Source: Bryobacterales bacterium
Lineage (GTDB): Bacteria; Acidobacteriota; Terriglobia; Bryobacterales; UBA6623
Length of the DNA stretch: 64,000 nt
Reading direction: 5' to 3'
Assembly (NCBI GenBank): GCA_963422375.2
Contig: OY729428.2
Coordinates: forward strand, 1,824,001 to 1,888,000
The notes below the pieces were generated by a model, which worked only from the letters and a program-made list of their open reading frames with translations, made no database searches and had not been told where the DNA came from. How positions within the stretch are numbered: the stretch's first letter is position 1; the number at the start of each line of letters is the position of its first letter. Below are positions 49,475 through 59,331 of this stretch, in pieces. Position numbers and translations under genes: made by a program.

Positions 49475-52033
49475 CTATGCGGGGGACGCTGCTTGGCCCT
49501 TCAGTTCGGTGACGTCGCCGGACGATCTGTCGATCACGCGCACGGTGTACGAGCCGGCCTCGCGAACCGTGGGCGTGAACTCGCTGCCCCGGATGCGCAG
49601 GGTGTAGACCACTTCGCCGTCGGACTCGGCGATGACCTGGACCACCGGATCCTCGGTGTCTCCGGCGTTGATCGCGGGGAGCGCGAACTCGGTCGGAAGT
49701 CCGTTCTGCTCCTGCTTGATCCGGATGGGCCATCCCGGATAGGGATTGGCGTCCGGGTCGGACGCGTCGACCCAGCGAGGCCAGTTGGCGAATTCGATCG
49801 CTCGCTCCGAGCGGTCGAACTTGATGATCCCGTAGCCGGGCGCGCGCTGGAACAGCGCGGTCGGCTCGATGCCGTTCGCCTCCGGGTTGGAGACCGCGTG
49901 GATCGTGACCCGGTTTCCGAAGCCGTCGCGATACTCCCCCGTGTTGCGCGGCGCGCCGGGCTTCCGGTTGCGACCCGGCTCGGCCGGGAACCAGCGCCTC
50001 GGGAAGATGTTCGCCACGGACGGCACGCAGATCGCCCAGCTGGCGTCGTCCCACTGGTCGACTCCGTATTGGACGGTGCTTCCAAGGTGCTGGTCCCCCG
50101 CGATGTGGACCGCCAGCGCCTTACGGAGCAGCCGCACGGCGCGGTTCCGTCCCGATTGTGGCCAGCCGTTCGAGTCGTGATCCTGCACCGGCTCCTCGCC
50201 GGGCGCATACTCGCCGGGCGCGTTGACGCGCAGCTGCCCGGTCACCGCATCGGTGGTCGTGTCTTTCGGAAGCGTGGCGACGTTGGCGAAGATCGTCTGG
50301 GAGATCACCGCCTTCATCGAGGCCCCGTCCCAGTCCTGCGCCCATGCTTCGAGGAACTCTTCCTGGCGGTCGCCCAGCAGGGGGAAGGCGGGGTTGTCCG
50401 AACGCCTACGGGCGTCGTAGCGCGGGTCGTCCGCCCAGCCGTTGACGATCCCGGAATCCGGGAGCAGTGCCGTCGCCGAGTCCTTCCACTTGCGGTCCTC
50501 GATGATCGCGAAGCTGATCCCGCCGTACAGCAGGTGCGTGTAGTAGACCGCGATGCCTTGGTCCACCGGTGTCGGGTCGTAGGGGTCGGGCATGTTGGCG
50601 GTCTGAGTAGTCTGCACGGCATGCACGAAGCGCGGATCCATGACGTAGCCGCCCTGGTCTTGGCCGGGCTTGCCGTATCCGTGAGCCTTGCGGCCTCCTG
50701 CGCCCCAGATATTGCCTTGGTAGACGTCGTGGTCATCGGGCAGGGCCACCGCCGGAATCTCGCGCAGGAGTTCGCCGTACTCCCAGCCGAAGATGTACCA
50801 CTTGCGCAGGTAGTCGAGAATCGCCAGATCGGTCGGTTCACGGACGATGCCGTACTCGCCCACGCGCTCGTACACGTTGTCGCCCGTGAATGCCATCAGG
50901 TCGGGCCTGTGGAACTGCATGTTGCGCACGACATCGGCGTGGGGGAAGCCGAGGTCGTTGTTGCCCGTGAACGCCGCGACGACGACTTCGTCCTTGTCGG
51001 TCGGGTTCCTGCGGATGACGCCCTCCCACGTGTCGTCCTCGTAGACCACGCGGTAAGGCGTGTCGACGCTGTCGTCCCATTCGGGCACGCGGAAGGTGAC
51101 TGTCCTGGCTTCGGGATCCAGCTCGGCCCTCGCCACCTCGCGCCACTGGCCGTGCAGCACCTCGAGCGAGGCCGCCCGCGGGCCGTTCCCGACCGGAGCG
51201 ATCAGCGCGTTGAGCTTGAGGACTCGCTCGCTTAGCGTGTGCATGGCGAACATGATCGGCCCGTAGGCCCGCTCGGGATGCGCGGTCACCTTGCTTCCGG
51301 AAACCTGCCAGTCCCGGAACCAGATCCGCATGTTCCCGCCTCGTGCCGTGCCCGGCTTGAGGCGCCACCCAGCCTCGCGGACCTGCCGCTCGCCCGGAGG
51401 GGAGTCCCGCACCGGGCCGGCGCTGGAGACCAGTGCCAGGCCGCCGACCAGCCAGCCGGCGTCCACTTCCTTGGAAACCGCCTGGCCGCCTGCGTCCGTC
51501 TCGGCGCGCAGCGTCAGGGAGTAGCGCTCGCCCCGCGGCTCGGCGGTCAGCGTCAGACGGGTCTCGCCCTGTAGCGCTCCGGCCGCGACCGCCGCCGACT
51601 CGGAGAGCGATCCGATAAACAGGCGTCCGTCCGACGCGAGGCCGCAATTCAGGCCAACGCCGCGAACGGCGCTGTCCCGGTAGTCATCGAACGAACCGCG
51701 GATGCCGACCCTGAATCCGGTCCAGCCTTCGTCCAATGGCGTCTCGCCTCCATCGAGCCGCCCGAGGACGACGGACATGGCAAGCGAGCCGGCGTGGGGA
51801 CCGGCCTCACGGGTGAGCAGGAAGACATTCCTGTCACCGCCCGAGCCGAAGTTCTCGATCCGCCCGTTGCTGACGCGCCAGTCTTGGAGGGGGTTGGACC
51901 AGTAGTCCGAGCCCGCCCACGGACGCTCGACGCTTGGGTCCCAATGGCTCTCGAAGGAGCTCTGCGCCGAGCAGCCGAGCAGCGCCATGCAGGCGACAGC
52001 GCAAACCGGCAGGCTGCGCGGGGAGGTATGCAT
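49475..52033 (-). CDS. PhoD-like (alkaline phosphatase D family) lipoprotein
   Basis: Lipobox LLGC; TGDNVYE, PDDHDV, DHDSNGW and GDQH metallophosphoesterase motifs. Confidence 0.85.
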   Translation of the reverse strand: MHTSPRSLPVCAVACMALLGCSAQSSFESHWDPSVERPWAGSDYWSNPLQDWRVSNGRIENFGSGGDRNVFLLTREAGPHAGSLAMSVVLGRLDGGETPLDEGWTGFRVGIRGSFDDYRDSAVRGVGLNCGLASDGRLFIGSLSESAAVAAGALQGETRLTLTAEPRGERYSLTLRAETDAGGQAVSKEVDAGWLVGGLALVSSAGPVRDSPPGERQVREAGWRLKPGTARGGNMRIWFRDWQVSGSKVTAHPERAYGPIMFAMHTLSERVLKLNALIAPVGNGPRAASLEVLHGQWREVARAELDPEARTVTFRVPEWDDSVDTPYRVVYEDDTWEGVIRRNPTDKDEVVVAAFTGNNDLGFPHADVVRNMQFHRPDLMAFTGDNVYERVGEYGIVREPTDLAILDYLRKWYIFGWEYGELLREIPAVALPDDHDVYQGNIWGAGGRKAHGYGKPGQDQGGYVMDPRFVHAVQTTQTANMPDPYDPTPVDQGIAVYYTHLLYGGISFAIIEDRKWKDSATALLPDSGIVNGWADDPRYDARRRSDNPAFPLLGDRQEEFLEAWAQDWDGASMKAVISQTIFANVATLPKDTTTDAVTGQLRVNAPGEYAPGEEPVQDHDSNGWPQSGRNRAVRLLRKALAVHIAGDQHLGSTVQYGVDQWDDASWAICVPSVANIFPRRWFPAEPGRNRKPGAPRNTGEYRDGFGNRVTIHAVSNPEANGIEPTALFQRAPGYGIIKFDRSERAIEFANWPRWVDASDPDANPYPGWPIRIKQEQNGLPTEFALPAINAGDTEDPVVQVIAESDGEVVYTLRIRGSEFTPTVREAGSYTVRVIDRSSGDVTELKGQAASPA

Positions 52034-52486
52034 AATAGATCAAGATATCAGTCGCGCGCCAAGTACCGCAGCCGGTCCCGAACTCCTGCCGGGGGGCGGG
52101 TCGGCTCAGCGAATGCCCACCCGCTGCCGCGGCCTGCCCAGGAGGTCGCGCCCGACCCGAGTCCGCGGGCGAAACCGAGAGCCCACGCCGGCAGATCCGT
52201 TGGCTCGGTGCGGTTTGACCAGGTACCTCGGCGCTGGCGGATCGTCCCGGCCGGGGAGCGAATTCGCACCGCCGGTGCTTCGCGCCGGCCCTTCTCGCTG
52301 TGGCGGCCGGTGTCGATGGCTGCGTCCGGCGTGTCGGGTGCCTCGGCGAGGCGGACCCGCATTCCTAATTGTGCAGCGTCGCATCGGCCCGGGGCCGGGC
52401 CTCGCCGGCCAGGGTCCGCCCGCGGGTTGCAGGCCGTTCGCGCCTACCGACGTCGGTGATGGAGTGGAGGGGAGGCTGAGACAAGC

Positions 52487-52940
52487 ATGCTGCTTGGAGG
52501 ACGGCGCGCGGCCATTGTTTCCGTTGCGCCCGCTTCGGCTGAACAGCCGCGGTCTCACGCCCTGCACGACGTGATCGATCATGCTGCCATCGACAGGCTG
52601 GTCGGCCTAGTGGAGTCCGGGCACGACGCGAAGGAGCTGGGCGTGCGTGGCCGGACCCCGTTGAATCACGCGGCTGCGACGAGCAGGGACGCGGGCTACC
52701 TTGACGAGTCGGAGCTACTCCGGCTCGGAGCCGACCCTTTTGCTCGAATGCCACGGCGCGGCGATCGATCCGCGCGTCAAGCGGACGCTGATGATCGTCG
52801 GCAACGTCGGCAAGGCTATGCGCGAGGAATTAGGCGTAGCATGGATCAGCGAGACAAGGTCGCTCTTGTCGGATTCAATATGCGCAAGATGCGCGATACT
52901 CGGGACTTGGAGCCGAGCTTGGCGACGACTGCATCCGTGA
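52487..52940 (+). pseudogene. Ankyrin-repeat protein remnant
   Basis: ALHDVI..LVESGHD..GRTPLNHAA..LLRLGADP; loses coherence after about 52750. Confidence 0.5.
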
Positions 52941-53047
52941 CCCTGTCTTGCCGTATTCCAGCAGCTATCTTCGCTGCAGGAAGAGTGGCGAGTGCTCGAC
53001 TGGACCGGCCTGAATCCCTTCACTCGAGAGGTTCCGCCGCCGGTCGA

Positions 53048-55306
53048 TCAATAGTCCAGCAGGTAATTGAACTTGACGAAGAAAGCCTGCGTTTCGAGCC
53101 GTCGCTCGACACTGTGAGGATCGAAGTAATCGCGCATCAGCATCCCCGTGTTATATACCACGAACAGGCCCGTGCTGGAAGTCGAGAGCAGGCCGAGGCG
53201 GATGTTGTGGGAGATCTGGTTCGTGCGGTTGCTGTACTGGCTGAGTGTTTGGAAATAGCTCTTCGGCGTGATTGACCAGTTGAACCGCAGGCTCGCCAAG
53301 TCCGTGTGGAACTCGCCCGTCGGCAGGTCGATGTTATTGCGCGCCCAGGTGAGCGTCCAGGTCAGGTTCTGTCCCTTGCGGACTCCACCGGTGAAACTGA
53401 ATGCCTTGATGCTGCCCGAGTAGAAGTCCCCGAGGGCGAACGTCCCTCCGCCGAACAGGGTGGCGCTCGGGTCGCTCTGGAAGTTGGCGATGCTCTCCCC
53501 GAACTGGTACGCCCCGACGGGAATCCTGACGCCGGGAAACACGCCGAACGGCACGCGCAGCCTTTCGAAGTTGCGGTTGTAGGCCAAGCCCAGCCGACCG
53601 CCGTTCTGCAGGCGGGAGTCGAGATGGTAGTGCTCGAAGCCCGACTCCTTCTCGTTCGAGCCGAGGGTGTACCAGTTCTGGAAGAACGCATGGGGCTCGA
53701 TCGTGCGCCAGGCCCCGTTCTGCGGGTAGTAGGTGTAGCGGTACGAAGCGCTCGGCTTGCGGAACTTCACGCGGCGCACGAAGCCGACTTCCGGATTGAA
53801 GTTCTCGCCGACCTCGAGGTAGCTGACGCTGACTCGGTGCGTGGCGTCGTCGTAGTCGAACCGGCTCGAGTATGCATGGGCGTCGCCGTCGAGACCGGGC
53901 GTCTGCGTGGCCGCCGCGTAGCTGAACCAGTTGCCGAACTTCCCGATGCCTATGTTGGCGTCGGCGCCGAACGTGCGGTTGTACTCCCTTGCGCCCTCGG
54001 ACTCTCCCGCAGTCTGCCTGCTGACGCCGATCAGGCCGATCGAGCTACGGTTCGGCAGCTCGCGGCTCACGCGCCCGACGGCGTAGTTGTTCGCCGGCGT
54101 CCGCCCCTCCACGTGTCGCGTCTGCATGTTGAGGACGCCGACCTGGTACTTTCCGACCTTGCCGCTCATGCGCGCCCCGGCGTCGATCGGCACTTCCCGC
54201 CTGTGCTCGTCGAGTCCGATCCGTCGCGAGAAGAAGATCTCGACCTCTCGCGGTGACCCGAATTCGAAAAAGCCCGAGTTTTCGAGGAAGAACGGCCGCT
54301 TCTCCGGGAAGAACAGGTCGAAGCGCGTCAGGTTGATCTGCACGTCGTCGACCTCGACTTGCGCGAAGTCGGTATTGACCGTACCGTCGAGGGTCAGTCC
54401 CGGCGTGAGGCTGTACTTGATGTCCAGACCGCCGTTGATCTTGCGATTGACGCGGTCCTCGTCCAGGCGGAAGTCTTGTGACACGCCGCCGATCACGTAC
54501 GGCAGCAGCTTCAGGTTACGGTGCGGCCTCGCCTCGATGCCGCGAAGCTGGCCCGCGATCTCGATCTGCGTGAACTCGAAGGCGCGCGAAACGGGAGACC
54601 AGAACGACAGCTCGTTGCGCCGTCGCAGGTTGCGCGAAATGTTCAGCCCCCAGGTCTGGTCCGGACCGGGCTTGTAGCGGAGGGTGCGGAACGGGATGAC
54701 GATCTCGCTCTCCCACCCGCGCTCGGTGACCTGCGAGCGCACCCGCCACACCGCGTCCCAGTTGAGATTGAACGCGGCCGCTCCGGCGCGCTGCGCCCCG
54801 CCGCCGCCCGCGCCGCCGGCCCGGGCCGGTCCTCCCCCGGACCCGCGCGTCTGGCCGGCCTTGGTCACTTGGGCGTCGAACTCGATGCCGGTCGGGCTGG
54901 TCCCGAAGACGAAGGCGCTCTGCCCGTCGTTGTAGGTGTCGATGAGCAGCTGGATCGAGTCCGTGTCGTCTAGGCTGCCGTCGCGGCGGTTCTGGGTGAC
55001 GACAATGTTCTCCCGCTGGCGGTCGTAGCAGATGATTCCGAAGTACAGGTTGGAGTCGTCGAAGGCGACGCGCACCTCGGTGCGCTCGGTAGCCGGCTTG
55101 CCCTCGTCCGGGTTCTGCTGCACGAAATCGCTGGCTGGCTCGATGCTCTCCCAGAGCGGGTCGTTCACGAGCCCGTCGAAAGTCGGGGCTGCTGCGACGC
55201 GCACTGCGAGCGCCTCCGGCAGGCCCTCCGTGGCCCGCTGGCCCGAGGCGGCGCCCAGGAGACCGAAATGGGCCGCCAGCAGCAGGGAGGCACTGCGCGA
55301 GTTCAT
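53048..55306 (-). CDS. DUF5916 / CBM9-like outer-membrane beta-barrel protein
   Basis: Signal peptide; ATERTEVRV, LNWDAVW, TVNTDFAQVEVD, FFPEKRPFFLE and FFSRRIG; C-terminal FFVKFNYLLDY. Confidence 0.88.
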   Translation of the reverse strand: MNSRSASLLLAAHFGLLGAASGQRATEGLPEALAVRVAAAPTFDGLVNDPLWESIEPASDFVQQNPDEGKPATERTEVRVAFDDSNLYFGIICYDRQRENIVVTQNRRDGSLDDTDSIQLLIDTYNDGQSAFVFGTSPTGIEFDAQVTKAGQTRGSGGGPARAGGAGGGGAQRAGAAAFNLNWDAVWRVRSQVTERGWESEIVIPFRTLRYKPGPDQTWGLNISRNLRRRNELSFWSPVSRAFEFTQIEIAGQLRGIEARPHRNLKLLPYVIGGVSQDFRLDEDRVNRKINGGLDIKYSLTPGLTLDGTVNTDFAQVEVDDVQINLTRFDLFFPEKRPFFLENSGFFEFGSPREVEIFFSRRIGLDEHRREVPIDAGARMSGKVGKYQVGVLNMQTRHVEGRTPANNYAVGRVSRELPNRSSIGLIGVSRQTAGESEGAREYNRTFGADANIGIGKFGNWFSYAAATQTPGLDGDAHAYSSRFDYDDATHRVSVSYLEVGENFNPEVGFVRRVKFRKPSASYRYTYYPQNGAWRTIEPHAFFQNWYTLGSNEKESGFEHYHLDSRLQNGGRLGLAYNRNFERLRVPFGVFPGVRIPVGAYQFGESIANFQSDPSATLFGGGTFALGDFYSGSIKAFSFTGGVRKGQNLTWTLTWARNNIDLPTGEFHTDLASLRFNWSITPKSYFQTLSQYSNRTNQISHNIRLGLLSTSSTGLFVVYNTGMLMRDYFDPHSVERRLETQAFFVKFNYLLDY

Positions 55307-55469
55307 CCGTTGGAATGACTTTCCGCCAAGGAACGCGGATTCGGGACAGGGCAGCGACGCGGGGAGCGCCGACGATTGCACCATCGTTGCACACGCCTGC
55401 AGGCCGTCCGGCCCCGCGCGTGCGGGCATCCGCTACCCAGCGCCGCGTCCCGGGTAGGCCGGCCAGCCG

Positions 55470-57014
55470 TCAGTAGGGGCGGATCCGTTCCGGCAGCGGG
55501 TCGCGCGCCTGGATGATTTTCCTGATCAGCCTGACCCGCATGCTGTCCAGCAGATCCCTGTGAGAGGCGGACTGGGCCACGTTGCGCAGCTCGTGAGGGT
55601 CCGAAGCATAGTCGAAGAGGACCTCTTCACCGTGGCCGTCAATCCAGTACTTGGCGCCCTTCGTGCGGACCATTCGATGGTTCGTCCCCTGCATGTAAAT
55701 CAGCTCCCGGCCGGGCTTGCCGGCCAGCACGGGCACGAGCGACCTGCCCTGATTCCCCTCGGGGACCGGCAGCTCCAGCAAGTCGAGAAGGGTGGGCATG
55801 ACGTCGACTATCTCGACCAACTCGTCAGTGGCGACGCCCTCGGGCACCCCCGGTCCCCGCATCAGGAGCGGGATGCGGAGCGCCCCGTCGTAGGGCCGCC
55901 CGCTCTTGCTCGTCAGGTTGTGGTCGCCGAGGTAGTCTCCGTGGTCGCTGGTGGCTACGAACAGGGTCCGGTCGGTGATGCCGGCCCGTTCGGCGGCCTC
56001 CATGATGCGGCCGATGTTGTGGTCGAGGTGGGTCACCATCGCGTAGAAGTGGCGGCGATAGCTGTCCCAGGTGTCTTCCGGGGTCTCCAGCAGGGCCGTC
56101 ATCGTCCCGGCCAGCCTTCGCGGGAGGCGGGAAATCTCGCCCGGGGAGTGCCTCCGGGGAGGGAGCGGTCGACCGTGATACGGCTCCAGAGCCGAGGCCG
56201 GCGGGTTCAGCGGGGGGTGCGGGGCGTAGAAGCCGGCGTGGACGAAGAAGGGGCGGCCCGGATGGCGCGCCAGCGCGTCCTCGATGAAGGTGACCGTCTC
56301 CGTGGCGACCCAGGAAGAGTGCGTGGTGCTGTCTTCGCCCTCGAACACGTAGTGCTCTAGCCGCGGACGCTCGCCGGGCATGTTGACTCGGGCCTTCTCC
56401 CGCGCGTCCCTGCCCTGCGCCCAGAGCCATCGGCCGTAGGCGTCTTCGTACGGTCCGGGCTCGTCCGAGAGCCGCATCTGGTGGAACCCGTAGGGCGGAT
56501 GGGGCTCGCGGTGGTTCCGGTCCTTGTGGGGCCAGAAGTGCAGCTTGCCCATCTGGCCGGTGTAATAGCCGGCGTCCCGAAGGACGTGTGTCAGCGTCAC
56601 TTCGTCCCGAGGCATCTTGATTCCGTTGCTGATCACTCCGTGCGCATGCGGATAGCGGCCGGTCATCAGCGAGGCGCGGTTCGGTGCGCACGCGACCCCG
56701 ACCGTGAAACTGGCCCGGAACGTCGTGCCCTCCCGCGCCAGCCGGTCCATACTGGGCGTGATGATCGCGGCGTTGCCGTTCGCGGCGATGTGATCCCACC
56801 GCAGGTGGTCGCCGGTGATGAGCACGATGTTGGGCGACTCGCTCATCTTCCTGCCTGATTCGGGCGGGAAGAACTCGGCCTGGGCGGCAGCCGCTGGTGA
56901 ACACAGCAGCGCGGCGGCCGTTGCGAGCGAGGTGAGCAGCGCCAGCCGGCGATCCGACCGGCTCTTGGAGGGCGTGCGCGTCGGGTCGCAAGGACCCTGG
57001 ATGGCAGCTGGCAT
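55470..57014 (-). CDS. Sulfatase-like hydrolase
   Basis: PNIVLITGDH, CAPNRAS (CxPxR), GKLHF, PHPP, SDHGD and DPHEL.N motifs. Start inferred. Confidence 0.9.
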   Translation of the reverse strand: MPAAIQGPCDPTRTPSKSRSDRRLALLTSLATAAALLCSPAAAAQAEFFPPESGRKMSESPNIVLITGDHLRWDHIAANGNAAIITPSMDRLAREGTTFRASFTVGVACAPNRASLMTGRYPHAHGVISNGIKMPRDEVTLTHVLRDAGYYTGQMGKLHFWPHKDRNHREPHPPYGFHQMRLSDEPGPYEDAYGRWLWAQGRDAREKARVNMPGERPRLEHYVFEGEDSTTHSSWVATETVTFIEDALARHPGRPFFVHAGFYAPHPPLNPPASALEPYHGRPLPPRRHSPGEISRLPRRLAGTMTALLETPEDTWDSYRRHFYAMVTHLDHNIGRIMEAAERAGITDRTLFVATSDHGDYLGDHNLTSKSGRPYDGALRIPLLMRGPGVPEGVATDELVEIVDVMPTLLDLLELPVPEGNQGRSLVPVLAGKPGRELIYMQGTNHRMVRTKGAKYWIDGHGEEVLFDYASDPHELRNVAQSASHRDLLDSMRVRLIRKIIQARDPLPERIRPY

Positions 57015-57224
57015 CGCGGATATGGTATCCGAGCAGGTGCCGGAGCCGCTGCGAGGTCGGTCCCTGCCGCGAGCGCCTCGCACGGGCGTTGTAGCGGGGC
57101 TCGGAGCGAAGTCGGGTTGAATGGTGGGGCAGGCCTTGCGGCCGTTGATCGGGATTCCTGCCGCTGCGAAGCGCTCCCGGCGACCTGATTGAGAGCACCC
57201 CCGCACCTGCGTGCATAGCGCGAG

Positions 57225-58112
57225 TTGTCCGTGCAGTCCCTCTCCAACCCTCTCGATGCCCGGCTCGGCTCGCCCGCGCCGATCCGGCTGGAGGACCGTC
57301 CTCCCCGTCTTTCCGAGCTCGACATGAGAAGCCGCGTCCGCTCGAATGAGTCCGAGCTCGACATGAGAAGCCGCGTCCGCTCGAATGAGTACGACCGGGA
57401 ACTCCGTCGGCTGCAGGCGCTGCTCAAGGAGGCGGCTCTCTCCTACTTCGCGCAGGGGCTCCGAGCCGTCGTCGTTTTCGAAGGCAGCCACTCTGCGGGC
57501 AAGAGCGGCGTCATTCGTCGAATGAGCTGGCCCCTTGATCCTCGGATCCTGAAAGTCTGGCCGATCGCGGCGCCGACGGAAGTCGAGAAGGGCCAGCACT
57601 ACCTCGATCGCTTCTGGCGGAGGCTGCCCCGACCGGGCCAGGTGGTCATATTCGACCGCTCGTGGTACGGGAGAGTCCTCGTCGAGCGCGTCCAGGAGTT
57701 CGCGACACAAGCAGAATGGCGCCGTTCCTATTGCGAGATCAACGAATTCGAGCGGATGCTCTCCGTCGACGGAATCTGCTTGGTGAAGATCTACCTCCAC
57801 ATCACGCCGGACGAACAGATGGCACGCTTCCGGTCGCGTTTTCGGGATCCGCTGAAGCGCTGGAAGCTTACCAGGGAGGACCTCCGCGACCGCGACCGGT
57901 GGTCCGACTACGACGAGGCGGCCGACGACATGTTCCGCCTGACCTCGACGGTCGCCAACCCCTGGATCGTGATTCCGTCCAACGATAAGCGCTATTCGAG
58001 GCTCGCGGCGATCGACGCGGTCGTGCGGTGCATGGCCGAGGGCAGGGAACTGGCGCCGCCCGGCATCGACCCGGCCTTTGAGGAGGAGCTGCGCGCGACG
58101 CTCGCGCTATAG
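57225..58112 (+). CDS. ppk2: Polyphosphate kinase 2 family protein (atypical Walker A, internal 13-aa duplication)
   Basis: FEGSHSAGKSG, LDPR, FDRSWYGRVLVERV, EINEFERML, KRWKLT.ED and WIVIPSNDK motifs. Confidence 0.9.
   Translation: MSVQSLSNPLDARLGSPAPIRLEDRPPRLSELDMRSRVRSNESELDMRSRVRSNEYDRELRRLQALLKEAALSYFAQGLRAVVVFEGSHSAGKSGVIRRMSWPLDPRILKVWPIAAPTEVEKGQHYLDRFWRRLPRPGQVVIFDRSWYGRVLVERVQEFATQAEWRRSYCEINEFERMLSVDGICLVKIYLHITPDEQMARFRSRFRDPLKRWKLTREDLRDRDRWSDYDEAADDMFRLTSTVANPWIVIPSNDKRYSRLAAIDAVVRCMAEGRELAPPGIDPAFEEELRATLAL
57312..57389 (+). repeat. Perfect in-frame 39-bp tandem duplication in ppk2
   Basis: TCCGAGCTCGACATGAGAAGCCGCGTCCGCTCGAATGAG x2, encoding SELDMRSRVRSNE x2. Confidence 0.97.
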
Positions 58113-59331
58113 CCATCGCGACTGACGTCCGGCCATCGTGCGGGCCGTTGCGAGCCGCGCGGGCCTTCGCCGCAGACACCAGACTTCCCGAGGTCGAGGG
58201 GCGGAGCGAGCCCAGGCCCTGCCGGGCGTCCTCACGGAGCGTGAAGAGTCTTCTCCGAGGGCTCGCGCGATCCAATCTACATCTTGTGGTTCTCTGCAAC
58301 ACGTACCTATATGGAAGACAGGACTCTGAAATCACGTGTGACGCACTGGCCAATTTCACAAGTTGTGTCCGGGGTCGGCGGAATGTCACCCGTCTCATCT
58401 GACCTGTCGCGGATTCGGGGCGGATGCAACTTGCTGGAGCCCTCGTCCCAGCCGTCGAACCGTCGCTGCCGCACCGAGAGTCCGTGCCGGGGCTGTCGGG
58501 CCCACTCGCGGCAGGCGCGATTCTCCCGGTCCGCGGGAGCCGTCCCATCTTGCGACAGCGCTAGTGAGACGACCACGGCATGTCTGAGACACCGGGTTCC
58601 TTAGGGAATGGCGCCCCGGCCCGGAAGTTGTACTCGCGGGCCGGATGCGACGAGATTACAGCTGATGCTGTCTTCAAGACACAGCCCGCGATAGGCCGCG
58701 TCCGAGCGTCAAGGGTGGCCGTGCCTCGATTGTGCGGGCTCGGCAAACGCTCCTCGGGCTCGAGCCAGGGAGACCGTGCTAGGCAAGCCGGGCCGTCTGC
58801 TTCGAGAGCGCCATGGCCGCGACGACCAGCGGCGGGGGCGACGGCTGCCGTTCAAGCCCGTCGCGGGCCCGGTCGGCATGCACCTTGCGCACGGCGAAAC
58901 GGTGCGGTAACCGCATGGAAGGCCGAGCCATTGCGTGGTTCACATCCAACCCCTCGGCAGGGAGTGCTCCGCCGCAATTGCGAGCGCAACCGATGCCGCG
59001 GGTCGGCCTTGGACGGGTAGGCTTGCTCTTGCTCTTGGATCGGTCCGAAGGCGCGCGATGCGAAGGCTCGCCGGTCGCTGGCCGGGTAGGCGCAGTTCGT
59101 CCCTTCCTAGGATGCGGAGGGCGTCTTACCTTCCGGTCTTGCCGACGGACTCCGAGGGCCTGTGACCCGGCCGCGACCGTGGGTTGGGCTCGCGCTCGCG
59201 AGTCGCCCCAGCCCGCGGTCCCACGGCCCTTGCCAACGCCTAGCCGGAATGCGGCAGGGGACGCTCGCGTACCATTGCGGTGTAATGCGCCACCGTCGGC
59301 GGGCGCGGGCGCTAGCTCAATGGGAGGAGCA

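Noticed and set aside
57015..57800. Long N-terminal extension of the sulfatase ORF
   Set aside because: Mostly the antisense of ppk2.
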